Positions 49,544-59,342 of a stretch of DNA of 64,000 nucleotides are shown one piece after another; the first letter of the stretch is position 1; each line of letters begins with the position of its first letter. The translations under genes were made by a program, and so were the position numbers. This stretch comes from Candidatus Geohabitans tengchongensis (GTDB taxonomy: Bacteria > Sysuimicrobiota > Sysuimicrobiia > Sysuimicrobiales > Humicultoraceae). The stretch covers positions 11,800 to 75,799 of the forward strand of contig JAVKIH010000007.1 of the NCBI GenBank assembly GCA_031459625.1. Reading direction: 5' to 3'. Under the pieces are notes generated by a model. That model was not told where the DNA came from and searched no databases. It saw only the letters and a list, made by a program, of their open reading frames with translations.

Positions 49544-52243
49544 TCAGGGCCCGACCTTGGTGGAGGAACCGTCGGCGAAGAGCGTCACCAGGATGGACTC
49601 GCCGGCGACCAGCCCGCACTTCATCGGCCGGCCCCCGCCGGCCTGACCGGTCGCCCGCATCTGAATCTCTGTGGCGGTGCCACCCGGCGGGACGATCTCG
49701 TACGCCCAGCACGAACCGGAGGTCGGGGGTGGCACGAAGCCGAGCTGGGCCGGGTCGGTGATGCCGACCCACGTGTCGTACTCCTGGTAGTGCATCCAGG
49801 CGAAGCGCTTCAGCTCGATGAGGACCTGGTGGGCCTCGGCGGCCAGGGCCCCCTCCCGGGCGCCCAGGTACCGCGGCAGGGCCAGTGAGAGCAGGACCCC
49901 CAGGATGGCCAGCACCACCACCAGCTCGACCAGGGTGAAGCCGGACGCTGCGGGATCGGGTCCGTCGCGGCCAGGGCCACTCCCCGCAGGCCCGCCCTGT
50001 CCCCTGCGCAGCCGCCCGCGCCACCTTGTGACGCCCCGGGCCGTCGCGGCCTTGGCTGCAGCGCGCGCCGTTACCGCGTCGGCCGCGGCGCGGATCGCCT
50101 CCAGGTGGTGCGGCGTGATGCGCGGTCCGTAGAGCGCCTCCTCCACCACGGCCGTCATCCTCCTCACCTCCGGCCAGCCCAGCGCGCGCTCGGCCCGCCC
50201 GGCGAACTCCCGTGGCGTCTCCGCCTCGCCGCGCGCCAACCCGCGGCGGCGCAGCACGCGCAGGCAGCGCGCATACTCCGCCAGGACGCCGTCCCGCGGG
50301 TCGGCCGGCCGTCGACGACGCCCCATCCGGGCCCCGACCAGGATGATGAGGATCAGGAGGAGTGCGGCCTGCGCTGCCGGGGCCCATAGAGGGGATGCCC
50401 ACCCCGGCCGCCCCGCAGACCCGTCGGGGTGCCCCGGCCAGCGCGTGCGCAGGTAGCGGGCCAGCCCCTCGAAGCCCCACCGCGGCGCCGTCCGGGGCAG
50501 CGCCGCCGGCTCGGCGAACCCCGGTGTGGGCTCGAACTCCACCCAGCCGACCTCCGGGAAGAAGACCTCGACCCAGGCGTGCGCGTCGCTGCTGCGCACC
50601 TCCAGGAGCCCGGTCAGCGGGTGGAAGGTGCCGGGTGTGTACCCGGTGGCGAGCCGCGCCGGGACCCCCACCAGGCGCAGCAGAACAGCCATGGCGCTGG
50701 CGAACTGCTCGCAGTACCCCCGCCGCTCCTCGAAGAGGAAGTAGTCCACCGCGTCCCCCGGCCGGCGCTGCGGCGGGATGGTGAGGTCGTAGCGGTAGTG
50801 CGTCCAGAGGTACCGGTTGACCCGCAGGGCCCGCTCGTAGGGGGTGCGCGCGCCCGCCGTGATCGCCTCGGCCAGCCGCCGGACCCGCTGCGGCACTGTG
50901 TCGGGCACCTGCAGGTAGCGCGCCAGGAGCTCGTCCGGGTAGCGGTCGCCGGCGGCGGCCAGCCGGGCCGGCGTGGGGTCGACCACGCGCGAGACGACGG
51001 TGTAGATCATCCCCGGCTCGAGCACGAAGGGGAGCCGCACCGCCGAGTAGCGGTCGACGAAGACGTGCCGCCCCGGGAAGTAGACCTCCTCCACGCGGGG
51101 GGCGGCGAAGGCGACATTGGGCTGTTCGCGCTCGACGTAGAAGGTCTGGATCAGGCGCCGTGCCCCCCGCGACGAGGCGTAGCTGTCGTCGCGGCCGCGG
51201 AGGACCTCGATGGGAGGGACGACGGCGGTGTGGCGGCGTACCCGGTCGTCGCCGATGCGCCAACCCGTCCCGGTGTAGACATCGAAGACCAGCGCCCGCC
51301 ACAGCCGCGGCTCCCCGGCGCGCACGCGCATGACCAGGGCGTCGTTGAGCCGACCGCGCAGCCGCAGCTCCACGGTGGGACTGAAGCCAAAGTACCCGTG
51401 CGGGTTGAAGACGGTGGTGCCGCCCGCCGTGCCCGCGGGGTAGGCCGGGTTGACCACCTCGCCGTCCAGCGTCGGTCCCAGCGGGACGCGCGGCGTGAAG
51501 GGGAACGAGGTGATGAAGAGGCCGTCCAGGCGCGGGGTGGCCAGGAAGACCACGACGGCGAGGGCCGCCAGCGGCACCGCGGCGCGCACGGCCGAGCTGC
51601 CGGTCTCGCGCAGCCCCGCCAGGACCCGCAGGCCGCTCCCCACGCGGCCCCCCTCCGTCGCCCTTTCCGCAGCCGGCGCGGGCCTCCCGCCTCCTGCCGC
51701 CTCGCGCGCCGCCTCGGCGGCATTCAGCATCAGCGCCGCGACGGCGGCCACCAGGTAGGGGGTCAGGTAGAGGGCAAAGCGCAGGTCCAAGCTGAAGGCC
51801 GCCGCCACGGCCATCAGCACCAGCGAGGTGAGGAGGCTGAAGAGCAAATCGCGCCGGCGCGGCAGGTCGAAGCTGTGCAGCACCTGCAGCCACAGCAAAA
51901 AGACGGTGAGGGGGATGCTGGTGTGGTACGGCGCCGCCGCCAGCGCCCGCAGGAAGGCCCACCCGGCGAGGAGGCACCCCAGGGCCAGCGCCGCCTTCAG
52001 CCAGGTGTTGCGCCGCCGGCGGCGGTACCAGGAGACGACGAACCCGCAGGTGGCCAGGGCCAGCATCTCCCAGCGCAGAGTCCCGAAGTCCTGGTGCGCG
52101 GTGATGGCCAGGATGCTGAGGAGGACGCAGAGGTAGACCCACACGCGCAGCGCCCCTGAGCCCGTGCTGGGAAGATGCGCGTGGTCTGCCGGACCGGCCG
52201 GTGCGGTCGGGCTGCCGTTCCGTGCCAGAGAACGCCGCGGCAT
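49544..52243 (-). CDS. TgpA-like membrane transglutaminase (DUF3488-TGase-DUF4129-like) fused to a C-terminal type IV pilin
   Basis: N-terminal TMs; GYCEQFASAMAVLLR..GVPAR..GY, AHAWVEV, WVEFEPTP; TM; ETPREFA..YG; then in-frame SG|FTLVELVVVLAILG pilin (49544-49939). Confidence 0.85.
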   Translation of the reverse strand: MPRRSLARNGSPTAPAGPADHAHLPSTGSGALRVWVYLCVLLSILAITAHQDFGTLRWEMLALATCGFVVSWYRRRRRNTWLKAALALGCLLAGWAFLRALAAAPYHTSIPLTVFLLWLQVLHSFDLPRRRDLLFSLLTSLVLMAVAAAFSLDLRFALYLTPYLVAAVAALMLNAAEAAREAAGGGRPAPAAERATEGGRVGSGLRVLAGLRETGSSAVRAAVPLAALAVVVFLATPRLDGLFITSFPFTPRVPLGPTLDGEVVNPAYPAGTAGGTTVFNPHGYFGFSPTVELRLRGRLNDALVMRVRAGEPRLWRALVFDVYTGTGWRIGDDRVRRHTAVVPPIEVLRGRDDSYASSRGARRLIQTFYVEREQPNVAFAAPRVEEVYFPGRHVFVDRYSAVRLPFVLEPGMIYTVVSRVVDPTPARLAAAGDRYPDELLARYLQVPDTVPQRVRRLAEAITAGARTPYERALRVNRYLWTHYRYDLTIPPQRRPGDAVDYFLFEERRGYCEQFASAMAVLLRLVGVPARLATGYTPGTFHPLTGLLEVRSSDAHAWVEVFFPEVGWVEFEPTPGFAEPAALPRTAPRWGFEGLARYLRTRWPGHPDGSAGRPGWASPLWAPAAQAALLLILIILVGARMGRRRRPADPRDGVLAEYARCLRVLRRRGLARGEAETPREFAGRAERALGWPEVRRMTAVVEEALYGPRITPHHLEAIRAAADAVTARAAAKAATARGVTRWRGRLRRGQGGPAGSGPGRDGPDPAASGFTLVELVVVLAILGVLLSLALPRYLGAREGALAAEAHQVLIELKRFAWMHYQEYDTWVGITDPAQLGFVPPPTSGSCWAYEIVPPGGTATEIQMRATGQAGGGRPMKCGLVAGESILVTLFADGSSTKVGP

Positions 52244-52445
52244 GGGCTCCACGATGCTCTGGGACTTCCTCTGAGGCCCGCGTTCAGGGGCGGCCGGACC
52301 CCTTGCCGGCCCTGGCAAGGGCGTCCGTCGGGACCGGCCGGTCACAGGCCCCCCGAAGTCCATGCCCAACTCGCCGATGGTTTTCTCGAAGTCGCCTTGT
52401 CCCGGGTAGGTCTGTGCTACGCTACGCGTGAAGGGAATCTGGACC

Positions 52446-53024
52446 ATGCTCGAGGCCCGTGTGGACAGGCTGGAAGCTGCCCTGCAGCGCCTTGCGGAGG
52501 CTCAGGCCCAGCTGACCGCCACCGTCGCCGAGCTCGCCCGGCGCCTGGACCAGCTGACCGCCAGGGTGGATCGGATCGACCAGCGGGTGTCCTGGCTCGT
52601 GGGCGACGCGCTGGAACGCCGGTACCGGGAGCGGGCCCACGCATACTTCATGGGGTTCCTAACCCGCCTCGAGGTAGTGACGGGAGACGAGCTGGCCCGC
52701 CTCGCCCACGACGCCCAGCGGCGCGGAATCCTCTCCGGGCCCGAGCACCAGGACCTCCTCCTCGCGGATGTGGTGGCGCGAGGGCGCCGCCGCGACCAGG
52801 AGACGGACGCCTACCTGCTGGCGGAGGTCTCGGTGGTGATTGACAAGGGAGATGTGGAGCGTGCGGCTCGGCGGGCGGCCCTCTGCAAGCGCGTCGTCGG
52901 AGCGCCCGTGCTCGCCGTCGTGGCCGGAGAACAGATCCTCCCGGACGCCGAGCGCGAGGCTACGCTGGCCGGCGTGTGGCGCGTGCTCGACGGACGTGCC
53001 GTGAGCCCGGGTGGCAGCGCCTAG
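52446..53024 (+). CDS. Coiled-coil protein with putative PD-(D/E)XK-like C-terminal domain
   Basis: Heptad N-terminus, G.ALE..Y, ADVV.RG, AEVS..D..DV.RA; TGcTACGCT extended -10 at 52415-52423. Confidence 0.7.
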   Translation: MLEARVDRLEAALQRLAEAQAQLTATVAELARRLDQLTARVDRIDQRVSWLVGDALERRYRERAHAYFMGFLTRLEVVTGDELARLAHDAQRRGILSGPEHQDLLLADVVARGRRRDQETDAYLLAEVSVVIDKGDVERAARRAALCKRVVGAPVLAVVAGEQILPDAEREATLAGVWRVLDGRAVSPGGSA

Positions 53025-54022
53025 CCAGACCGGGCATCCGGAGCCACGACCACCACTTCCTCCACGCCCGTCCCGCCGGGCTCTGTCGCCACGAGGACCA
53101 GCGTGCAGTCTCGTGCGATCGCCCGGCCCGCACTCACTGCCACGGAACGGTCCGGCCCCCCTCCCTGCCAGCGCGCCAGGGCGTCCCACTGCCCTTCCCA
53201 CCGGTCGAGCGCGACCGGCCGTCCCGTGGGACCCGGCAGGATGAGGCGGGCCGGATGGCCGCGCGCCATCGCCGTCCGCAGCAGCGAGGCCGCCGCCCTG
53301 GCCGCGGCGTCGAGCGTCTCGCGGGGCGCTGTGGCCGGCGCGTGCAACAGGACAGCCAGCGTGCGCGGCGGAGGAGCTTCCAGCTCCTTCACCATGAGCC
53401 GCGCCCGTCGGGCCGTGGCCCGCCAGTGGATCAACCGCGCGGGGTCGCCCGGCCGGTGTTCCCGCACCGTCCCCGGCTCACCCTCCTGGGCCCAGCGCGG
53501 TGCGCCTCCCGTACTACCTAACCCTGTCCCTGCCGGCAAGGCCGGGAGGAGGTGAGCCCGTGGCCGCACGACGACCTCGACGTCCACCGGGCAGGCGGTG
53601 CGGGCGCGCGCCAGCCCGAGCAGGCCGGGCGAGGCGATGCGGAGGACACGCAGCCGGTGCGCGCCCCGCGGTAGGCCCGAGAAGGAGAGTGACGCCTGTC
53701 CATGCCATCCCCGAGGCGTCGAGGGCAGCGCCACCCGCCCCACGCACCCGGCGATGTCCCCCTCGACCAGGAGCGCCCACCCGCGCCCTCGCCTCCTGAT
53801 CTCGAGCGGGACGGCCACCGGTTCCCCCTCGACCACAGGCGGCACAGCGCGCACCTCGACCACCAGGCCGCGCACGCCGCTCCGCGCACTCCACCACCCC
53901 ACGACGAGCGCGGCGAGCAGGACCCCCATCAGGAGGAAGAGCCACCCGGCCTGCAGGTTCGTGGCCAGGAAGAAGAAGAACCCGGCCAGGGCGAGGGTGA
54001 CGGCCCCCTCACGCGTCGGCAC
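53021..54022 (-). CDS. DUF58 domain protein
   Basis: N-terminal TMs; VREHRPGDP.R.IHWRATAR..LMVKE; directly after MoxR. Confidence 0.9.
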   Translation of the reverse strand: MPTREGAVTLALAGFFFFLATNLQAGWLFLLMGVLLAALVVGWWSARSGVRGLVVEVRAVPPVVEGEPVAVPLEIRRRGRGWALLVEGDIAGCVGRVALPSTPRGWHGQASLSFSGLPRGAHRLRVLRIASPGLLGLARARTACPVDVEVVVRPRAHLLPALPAGTGLGSTGGAPRWAQEGEPGTVREHRPGDPARLIHWRATARRARLMVKELEAPPPRTLAVLLHAPATAPRETLDAAARAAASLLRTAMARGHPARLILPGPTGRPVALDRWEGQWDALARWQGGGPDRSVAVSAGRAIARDCTLVLVATEPGGTGVEEVVVVAPDARSG

Positions 54023-54995
54023 GGCGCCGCGCCACGCGCGATTCCTCCGCCGCGGCGGTGTGCAGGGGGACGGGCACGTCTCTGAGGAGACGCTCCACCA
54101 CACCCGCCCCGGCCGCCTGTCCCTCGCCGGGGCCCTCCTCCCGCAGGACGAGCCGGTGCACCAGGACCGGGACAGCCAGGGCCTTCACGTCGTCGGGGAG
54201 GACGAAGCTGCGCCCCTGCAGTGCCGCCCGCGCCTGGGCCGCACGCAGCAGGGCGATCCCCGCCCGCGGGCTGCACCCCAGCACCACTTCCGGTGCAGCA
54301 CGCGTCCGCCGGACCAGCTCCAGCGCGTAGCGCCGCACCGCCTCGCTGACGTGCACCGTGCGCACCTCGCGCTGCAGCGCCACCACCTGCTCGACGGTCA
54401 CCACTGGCTCCAGGGTCTCGATGGGGTGGGCGGCGACGTGCGAGGCTAGCATGCGGAGTTCGTCGTCGCCGCTCGGGTACCCCAGCGAGGTGGCCACCAT
54501 GAAGCGATCGAGCTGCCCTTCGGGCAGGGGGAAGGTGCCGTGGTGCTCGACGGGGTTGAGGGTGGCCAGGAGGAAGAAGGGGCGAGGCAGCGGGTGGCTG
54601 CGCCCCTCCACGGTCACCTGACCCTCGTCGAGGGCCTCCAGGAAGGCGGCCTGGGCGCGCGGGGTGGCACGGTTGAGCTCGTCGGCCACCACCACGTGGG
54701 CGAAGAGGGGCCCGGGGACGAAGCGCAGCTCCCCGGTGCGCGGGTCCAGGATGGCGCTGCCGGTGATGTCGGCGGGCAGGAGGTCGGGGGTGCACTGCAC
54801 CCGCGAGACCTCGCCGCCGATAGAGCGGGCCAGCGCCCGCGCCAGCATCGTCTTCCCCACGCCGGGGACGTCCTGCAGCAACGCGTGCCCGCCGGCGAGC
54901 AGCGCGATAACCACATGCTCAACGGTCTGGCGCGTACCGAAGATGACGCGCTCGATGTTGGCGACGAGGTTGCTGATGGCCATCTCTTCCGGCAT
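54009..54995 (-). CDS. moxR: MoxR family AAA+ ATPase
   Basis: DVPGVGKT, RVQCTPDLLPADITG, DELNRA.PR.Q.A, GTFPLPEGQLDRF, SPRA. Confidence 0.94.
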   Translation of the reverse strand: MPEEMAISNLVANIERVIFGTRQTVEHVVIALLAGGHALLQDVPGVGKTMLARALARSIGGEVSRVQCTPDLLPADITGSAILDPRTGELRFVPGPLFAHVVVADELNRATPRAQAAFLEALDEGQVTVEGRSHPLPRPFFLLATLNPVEHHGTFPLPEGQLDRFMVATSLGYPSGDDELRMLASHVAAHPIETLEPVVTVEQVVALQREVRTVHVSEAVRRYALELVRRTRAAPEVVLGCSPRAGIALLRAAQARAALQGRSFVLPDDVKALAVPVLVHRLVLREEGPGEGQAAGAGVVERLLRDVPVPLHTAAAEESRVARRRADA

Positions 54996-55071
54996 GATTA
55001 GGTCTCTGGCGGGCACGAAGGGACCTGCCGGTGGTCTGCCGACAGAGGTCATGCGAAGCCTCCAGGTCTGT

Positions 55072-55545
55072 TCAACGCCCCTCCGCCGTCCGGGCCAGGC
55101 CGTCCCTCCGTCCGGCGGTTCGCTGCCAGGTCCACACATTGTGGACAAGGTAGTTGAAGCCGCCCCCCACGCCGATGGCCAGCATGTTGGCCCCCAGGAG
55201 GGGCAGGGGGATCCGGGTCAGGACGGTGAGGGTGCCCAGGTAGATCAGGTTGCCCAGGCCCGTCGTGGCATAGTACCGCAGCAACCGTTTTCCCTTGGCC
55301 CTCCATCCCCGAGAGCGGCGGTCCGACCACGTGAAGGCGTCGTTCAGGAGGAAGTTGGTGAAAGTGGACACCACGGCGGCGAGGGCACCTCCGACCGGTG
55401 TGGCCAAGGTCCCAACCCCTGTCGCCAGCCAGAGCACCAGCGAGTTCACCCCGATGCCCGTCAACCCGACAAGGAGAAACCGCACGGGACGCACCCGCAG
55501 CGTGGGGACGAGCAGCCGTCGGATCGCCGGGAGTGGAGACGCCAT
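55072..55545 (-). CDS. GtrA-family polyprenol-phosphate-sugar translocase
   Basis: RFLLVG..G..VN, NFLLN..FTW, FNY....WTW; four TMs. Confidence 0.88.
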   Translation of the reverse strand: MASPLPAIRRLLVPTLRVRPVRFLLVGLTGIGVNSLVLWLATGVGTLATPVGGALAAVVSTFTNFLLNDAFTWSDRRSRGWRAKGKRLLRYYATTGLGNLIYLGTLTVLTRIPLPLLGANMLAIGVGGGFNYLVHNVWTWQRTAGRRDGLARTAEGR

Positions 55546-55568
55546 CGTGGCCCAGGATACCACCGGGT

Positions 55569-57041
55569 TCAAGGTCCCCCTCCCCACCCGGGGGTCCCGT
55601 CATGAGCTCCTGCTCCTCCCTGAGAGGTATGTTCGCCCCCGGGGAGGTGGCGGACACTCAGCGCCAGCCCTGCGACCGTCCAGAAGACGTTGGCCGGGCC
55701 GATGTGACTCCAGGCTGATTGCAACCAGAGGGCATAACCGGCCAGTCCGGCAAGCAGGCCCGTGCCGACGCGTTGGGCCTCCCCTCCGGCCCGTACCGTC
55801 GCCAGGAGGGAGCGGAGAACGACGAGCCAGATCCACAGGTAGGCCGCCAGACCGAACAGCCCGGCACTGAAGGCGATGTGCAGCACCTCGTTGTGCGCCG
55901 TGTCGATCCCGGACAGCGCGAACCCGTACAGCTCGAAGTACTCACGGGAGCCAAGACCGGGGAGACGCCCGGCCAGGCTGGAGAGGCCCCAGCCAAACAG
56001 CGGGCGATCCGCGATAAGAGGAAGGATGTGCTTCCAGACAAAGAGCTTCATCCGCAGGGAGTTGTCCGTGCCGAGGTCTCCAGTAGTCCGCCCGACCAGC
56101 TCGCCTCCCGGACCGGTCAGCGTCAGCAGGATCGTGAGGGCCCCGAGGCATGCGCCTACCCCCAGCGCCGGTTTCCGGGGCATCGGGTGGCGGGGCGGGC
56201 GGACCACCAACACGAGGACGGCCAGCACGAAGCCGGCAAACGCGGCTCGCGTCCCCGACGCCACCAGGGCGCCGTACACCAGCGCCAGGATCCCAAGGAG
56301 GAACGACCGGCGCGCGCGTGCCTCGCTGCTGGTCAGGAGGGCTGCCAGCAGCACCGGGATCAGGAGCAGCGTGTACCCGCCCAGGAAGACGGGGTTCCCA
56401 AGCGTGGCGAATGCTCGCCAGCCGAAGTAGGGACGTCCCCGTGATGGGTCGGGGATGACCCCAAAGAAGGCGGCGGGGTCCACCGGCCGGAACCCCACCC
56501 AGCCCAGCGGGTCCGCTCCATAATATTGTGCCAGCCCGATGGCCCCGATGAGGGCGGCACTGGCCACGATGACTTTCAGCACAGGCTGCAGACGCTGTGG
56601 AGGCAGGCGTGTGGCCGTCCAGGCCATGAGGAGGTAAGCGACATAGGTGAGGAAGCCGTCACCGCGGCTCCTGGACGGAAAGAAGCTCAAGAAGGGCCGT
56701 GGGGCCAGGAGCGTGGCGAGGGCCATCGCCAGCAGGAACGCCACCAGGGGAAGGTCCAGGCGCGACCGAGAGGCCCGTATCCCTCCGCGCCACAGTCCGT
56801 ACAGACCGACGAGGCTGAGGAGCGCTGAGAGCAGGGTGAAATCGACTTTGAGGTCATTGGTCGGCATGAGCGGGGCGACCGCGGCGAAGCCGATGAGCCC
56901 GGCCTGCACAGCACCCCATCCGACCGCCGCGGCGCGCGCCCGCTCCGTGACACCGTCAGCCATTCGCCCGACCGACGGGGCCGCCCGCAGCCCAGTGCCG
57001 ACCCACCGGCCGCGCAGCCCTGGGGCATTAGAAACCGGCAT
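55569..57041 (-). CDS. O-antigen-ligase family (Wzy_C) protein, candidate pilin O-oligosaccharyltransferase
   Basis: Multi-TM; ATLGNP..LGGY, SGTRAA, RPLFGWG, AHNE.L..GLFG. Confidence 0.82.
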   Translation of the reverse strand: MPVSNAPGLRGRWVGTGLRAAPSVGRMADGVTERARAAAVGWGAVQAGLIGFAAVAPLMPTNDLKVDFTLLSALLSLVGLYGLWRGGIRASRSRLDLPLVAFLLAMALATLLAPRPFLSFFPSRSRGDGFLTYVAYLLMAWTATRLPPQRLQPVLKVIVASAALIGAIGLAQYYGADPLGWVGFRPVDPAAFFGVIPDPSRGRPYFGWRAFATLGNPVFLGGYTLLLIPVLLAALLTSSEARARRSFLLGILALVYGALVASGTRAAFAGFVLAVLVLVVRPPRHPMPRKPALGVGACLGALTILLTLTGPGGELVGRTTGDLGTDNSLRMKLFVWKHILPLIADRPLFGWGLSSLAGRLPGLGSREYFELYGFALSGIDTAHNEVLHIAFSAGLFGLAAYLWIWLVVLRSLLATVRAGGEAQRVGTGLLAGLAGYALWLQSAWSHIGPANVFWTVAGLALSVRHLPGGEHTSQGGAGAHDGTPGWGGGP

Positions 57042-57792
57042 GGAACGGCCTCCCGTCACGGTGCAGGACGCCTCGCGGCAGGAGCAGGCGCAGGTACGCC
57101 CCGAGCGTCTGACCGAGGCGGATCTTGCTCCGCCCCTGCTTCCGGTCGTACCTCAGGTCCAGCGGGACCTCTCGCACGCGAGGGCGAAACGGTCGAAGCT
57201 TCACGAGGAGCTCGGGCATCACGGCAAATCCTCGTGTCTCCACCAGACGGTTCCCGTAGTGCGCCAACGCCTGCCGGAGCAGCCCCGCCCGGCAGGCCCG
57301 ATACCCTGAGGAGTAGTCCCTGACGCCCGGAAGGCGAAACCGGAGCGTGAGTACAACCCTCGCCTGCCAGCTGAGAAACCGGCGCAGCAGAGGGACCCCG
57401 CGCTGCCGACCTCCGGGCGCGTATCGCGAGGCGATCACGACGTCGGCACCGTCCTCAAGGGCCCTGGCCATCGCAGGGAGCAGCCCCGGTGGGTGGGTGT
57501 TGTCCGCATCCATCGTGGCGATGACGTCCTGCCGATCTGCCTGGGCCAGGATGTCGCGCAGCCCGGTGAGGAGCGCAGCCGGAAGCCCCCGGTTCTGCTC
57601 GTGCCCGAGAACCCGGACCGGCAGACGCGCAGCGGCGGCGAGGGCCACCCGGCGCGTCTCGTCCGTGCTCCCATCGTCGACAACGACGATCCGGTAAGGG
57701 ATCCCGCTGCCCCGCAGGGCTCGGTCAATCTCCCCGAAGAGCGCGGGGAGGTTGCGGGCTTCGTTGTACGCGGGCAGCAGAACCCAGATCAC
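57028..57792 (-). CDS. GT2 polyprenol-phosphate glycosyltransferase (DPM1-like)
   Basis: LPAYNE, VDDGSTD, MDADNTH, ASRY, DYSSGYR. Confidence 0.88.
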   Translation of the reverse strand: MIWVLLPAYNEARNLPALFGEIDRALRGSGIPYRIVVVDDGSTDETRRVALAAAARLPVRVLGHEQNRGLPAALLTGLRDILAQADRQDVIATMDADNTHPPGLLPAMARALEDGADVVIASRYAPGGRQRGVPLLRRFLSWQARVVLTLRFRLPGVRDYSSGYRACRAGLLRQALAHYGNRLVETRGFAVMPELLVKLRPFRPRVREVPLDLRYDRKQGRSKIRLGQTLGAYLRLLLPRGVLHRDGRPFHAGF

Positions 57793-59342
57793 GACGAGCT
57801 CTCCTGGTGCTGGTGGCGGCGCGAGAGCCAGAGGAACAGGTAGACCCGGTGGAAGTCCCGACCCCAGGCTTCGACGAAGTGGGGGGCCAGCGTCTCGCCG
57901 AGGCGCCGGCGTGTCGGGTAGCCCAGGGGCAGCGTGGCCACGATCCACAGGCGGGGGTGGCCGGCGGCCAGCGCCTGGACCCGACGCGGCGCCAGGGGAC
58001 CCCCCGGTCCCGTTGCGGCTGGAGCCAGGACCTCGCCGGGGTCCAAGGCCATCGAAGGGATCCTGCGCGGCAGGTAGTACGTGACGACCTCCGCCCCGGA
58101 CGCGGGGACGAAGAGCACGATATCACCCGGTCTTAGGTGCGCGTCCAGGTAGCGCGCGGCGGCCCGCCAGTCCCCGTAGCCGGGCACCCGGTAGTACTCG
58201 CTCAGGACGGGGACCACACTCGACACCGGGAGCACCAGCAACGCCGCCAGGGCCCGCCGTTTGTCGGCAAACCCGGCCGCCAGTGTCCACATCCCGCCGG
58301 CCAGGGCCAGGGCGACCGCCGGCAGCACGAACGAGAAGTAGCGGGAGTAGAAGACGTTCCACCTGAGGGAAACCAGCCCGGCCAGCCCGAGCGGGACGAG
58401 CGTGCCGAGGGCCAGGAACCACGCCGAGGATCGGCTCGGGCAGGTGGCGATGCCGTAGGCCGCGAGGAGCGCAAAGGGCAGGAGCAGCGGGGCGGTCAGC
58501 ACGAACCCGGTCGTCCCGACCGTGTAGTACGTTCCCAGCCCGTAGAGCCGGCCGCCGAAGGCCAGCAATCCGAGCAGGTCGGCGAGGGTCTGCAGCGTGA
58601 GCGGAGGTCGGAACGACGGCCATCCGCGCCCGTCGGCCAGCTGCTGCAGCAGCGCGGGCACCCAGGGAAGGTAGAGCACCCCCACCCCCACGGCGCATGC
58701 TGCGAACATGGCGAGGCGAGACCGTGACAGCCGGGTGCGGGCGAGGAAGAGCACGTGACCGGGGAGGACGAAGAACGCCAGGTAGTGCGTGTACAGCGCC
58801 AGCAGCGTGGACAGGCCGTACGCCAGCAGCCACCGGGCACGTCCCTCCTCGACCCACCGGAAGAGGGCGAGGCCCGCGGTCCAGACCCACACCGCCAGCC
58901 AGGGGTACATCCTGGCTTCCTGGCTCGCCTGCACGTGGAACGGCGAGATGGCTAGCAGGAACGCCCCCAGCAGCCCCACTTGAGCGGAGATCAGTCGCGC
59001 ACCGAGGAGATAGGTGAGCCCGACAGTCAGTAGACCGCCGAGTACGGAGAGGAGCCGCAACCGAAACTCCGTATCGCCCACGAAAGTCATCCATCCGCGT
59101 AGCATGAAGTAAAAGAGCGGGGGATGCGCATCCCGCTGGGCGACGAGGGTGATGATCTGCGCCAGGGGATGACGGGCCACGAAGACGCTGTACAGTTCAT
59201 CGAAGGAGAGGGTCTTGTGGTCGAGGGCGTACAGGCGCACCGCCAGCGCCAGGAGGAGCGCCGCCATCAGCAGGAACGACGTCCGGCGCTCCCCTCCGGT
59301 GCGCCACCCCGGCTGCGCGACGCGGACCGCTGGCACCATCAT
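57789..59342 (-). CDS. GT39/PMT_2-like membrane glycosyltransferase
   Basis: FDELYS, HPPLFY, LRLLS, QEARMY, YTHY, LPW.P, DWR.AA. Confidence 0.85.
   Translation of the reverse strand: MMVPAVRVAQPGWRTGGERRTSFLLMAALLLALAVRLYALDHKTLSFDELYSVFVARHPLAQIITLVAQRDAHPPLFYFMLRGWMTFVGDTEFRLRLLSVLGGLLTVGLTYLLGARLISAQVGLLGAFLLAISPFHVQASQEARMYPWLAVWVWTAGLALFRWVEEGRARWLLAYGLSTLLALYTHYLAFFVLPGHVLFLARTRLSRSRLAMFAACAVGVGVLYLPWVPALLQQLADGRGWPSFRPPLTLQTLADLLGLLAFGGRLYGLGTYYTVGTTGFVLTAPLLLPFALLAAYGIATCPSRSSAWFLALGTLVPLGLAGLVSLRWNVFYSRYFSFVLPAVALALAGGMWTLAAGFADKRRALAALLVLPVSSVVPVLSEYYRVPGYGDWRAAARYLDAHLRPGDIVLFVPASGAEVVTYYLPRRIPSMALDPGEVLAPAATGPGGPLAPRRVQALAAGHPRLWIVATLPLGYPTRRRLGETLAPHFVEAWGRDFHRVYLFLWLSRRHQHQESSS

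Noticed and set aside
49201..53024. Invertible segment bounded by the two nuclease-like paralogs
   Set aside because: The copies are too diverged, no invertase is nearby, and the TGase is already co-oriented with moxR-DUF58.
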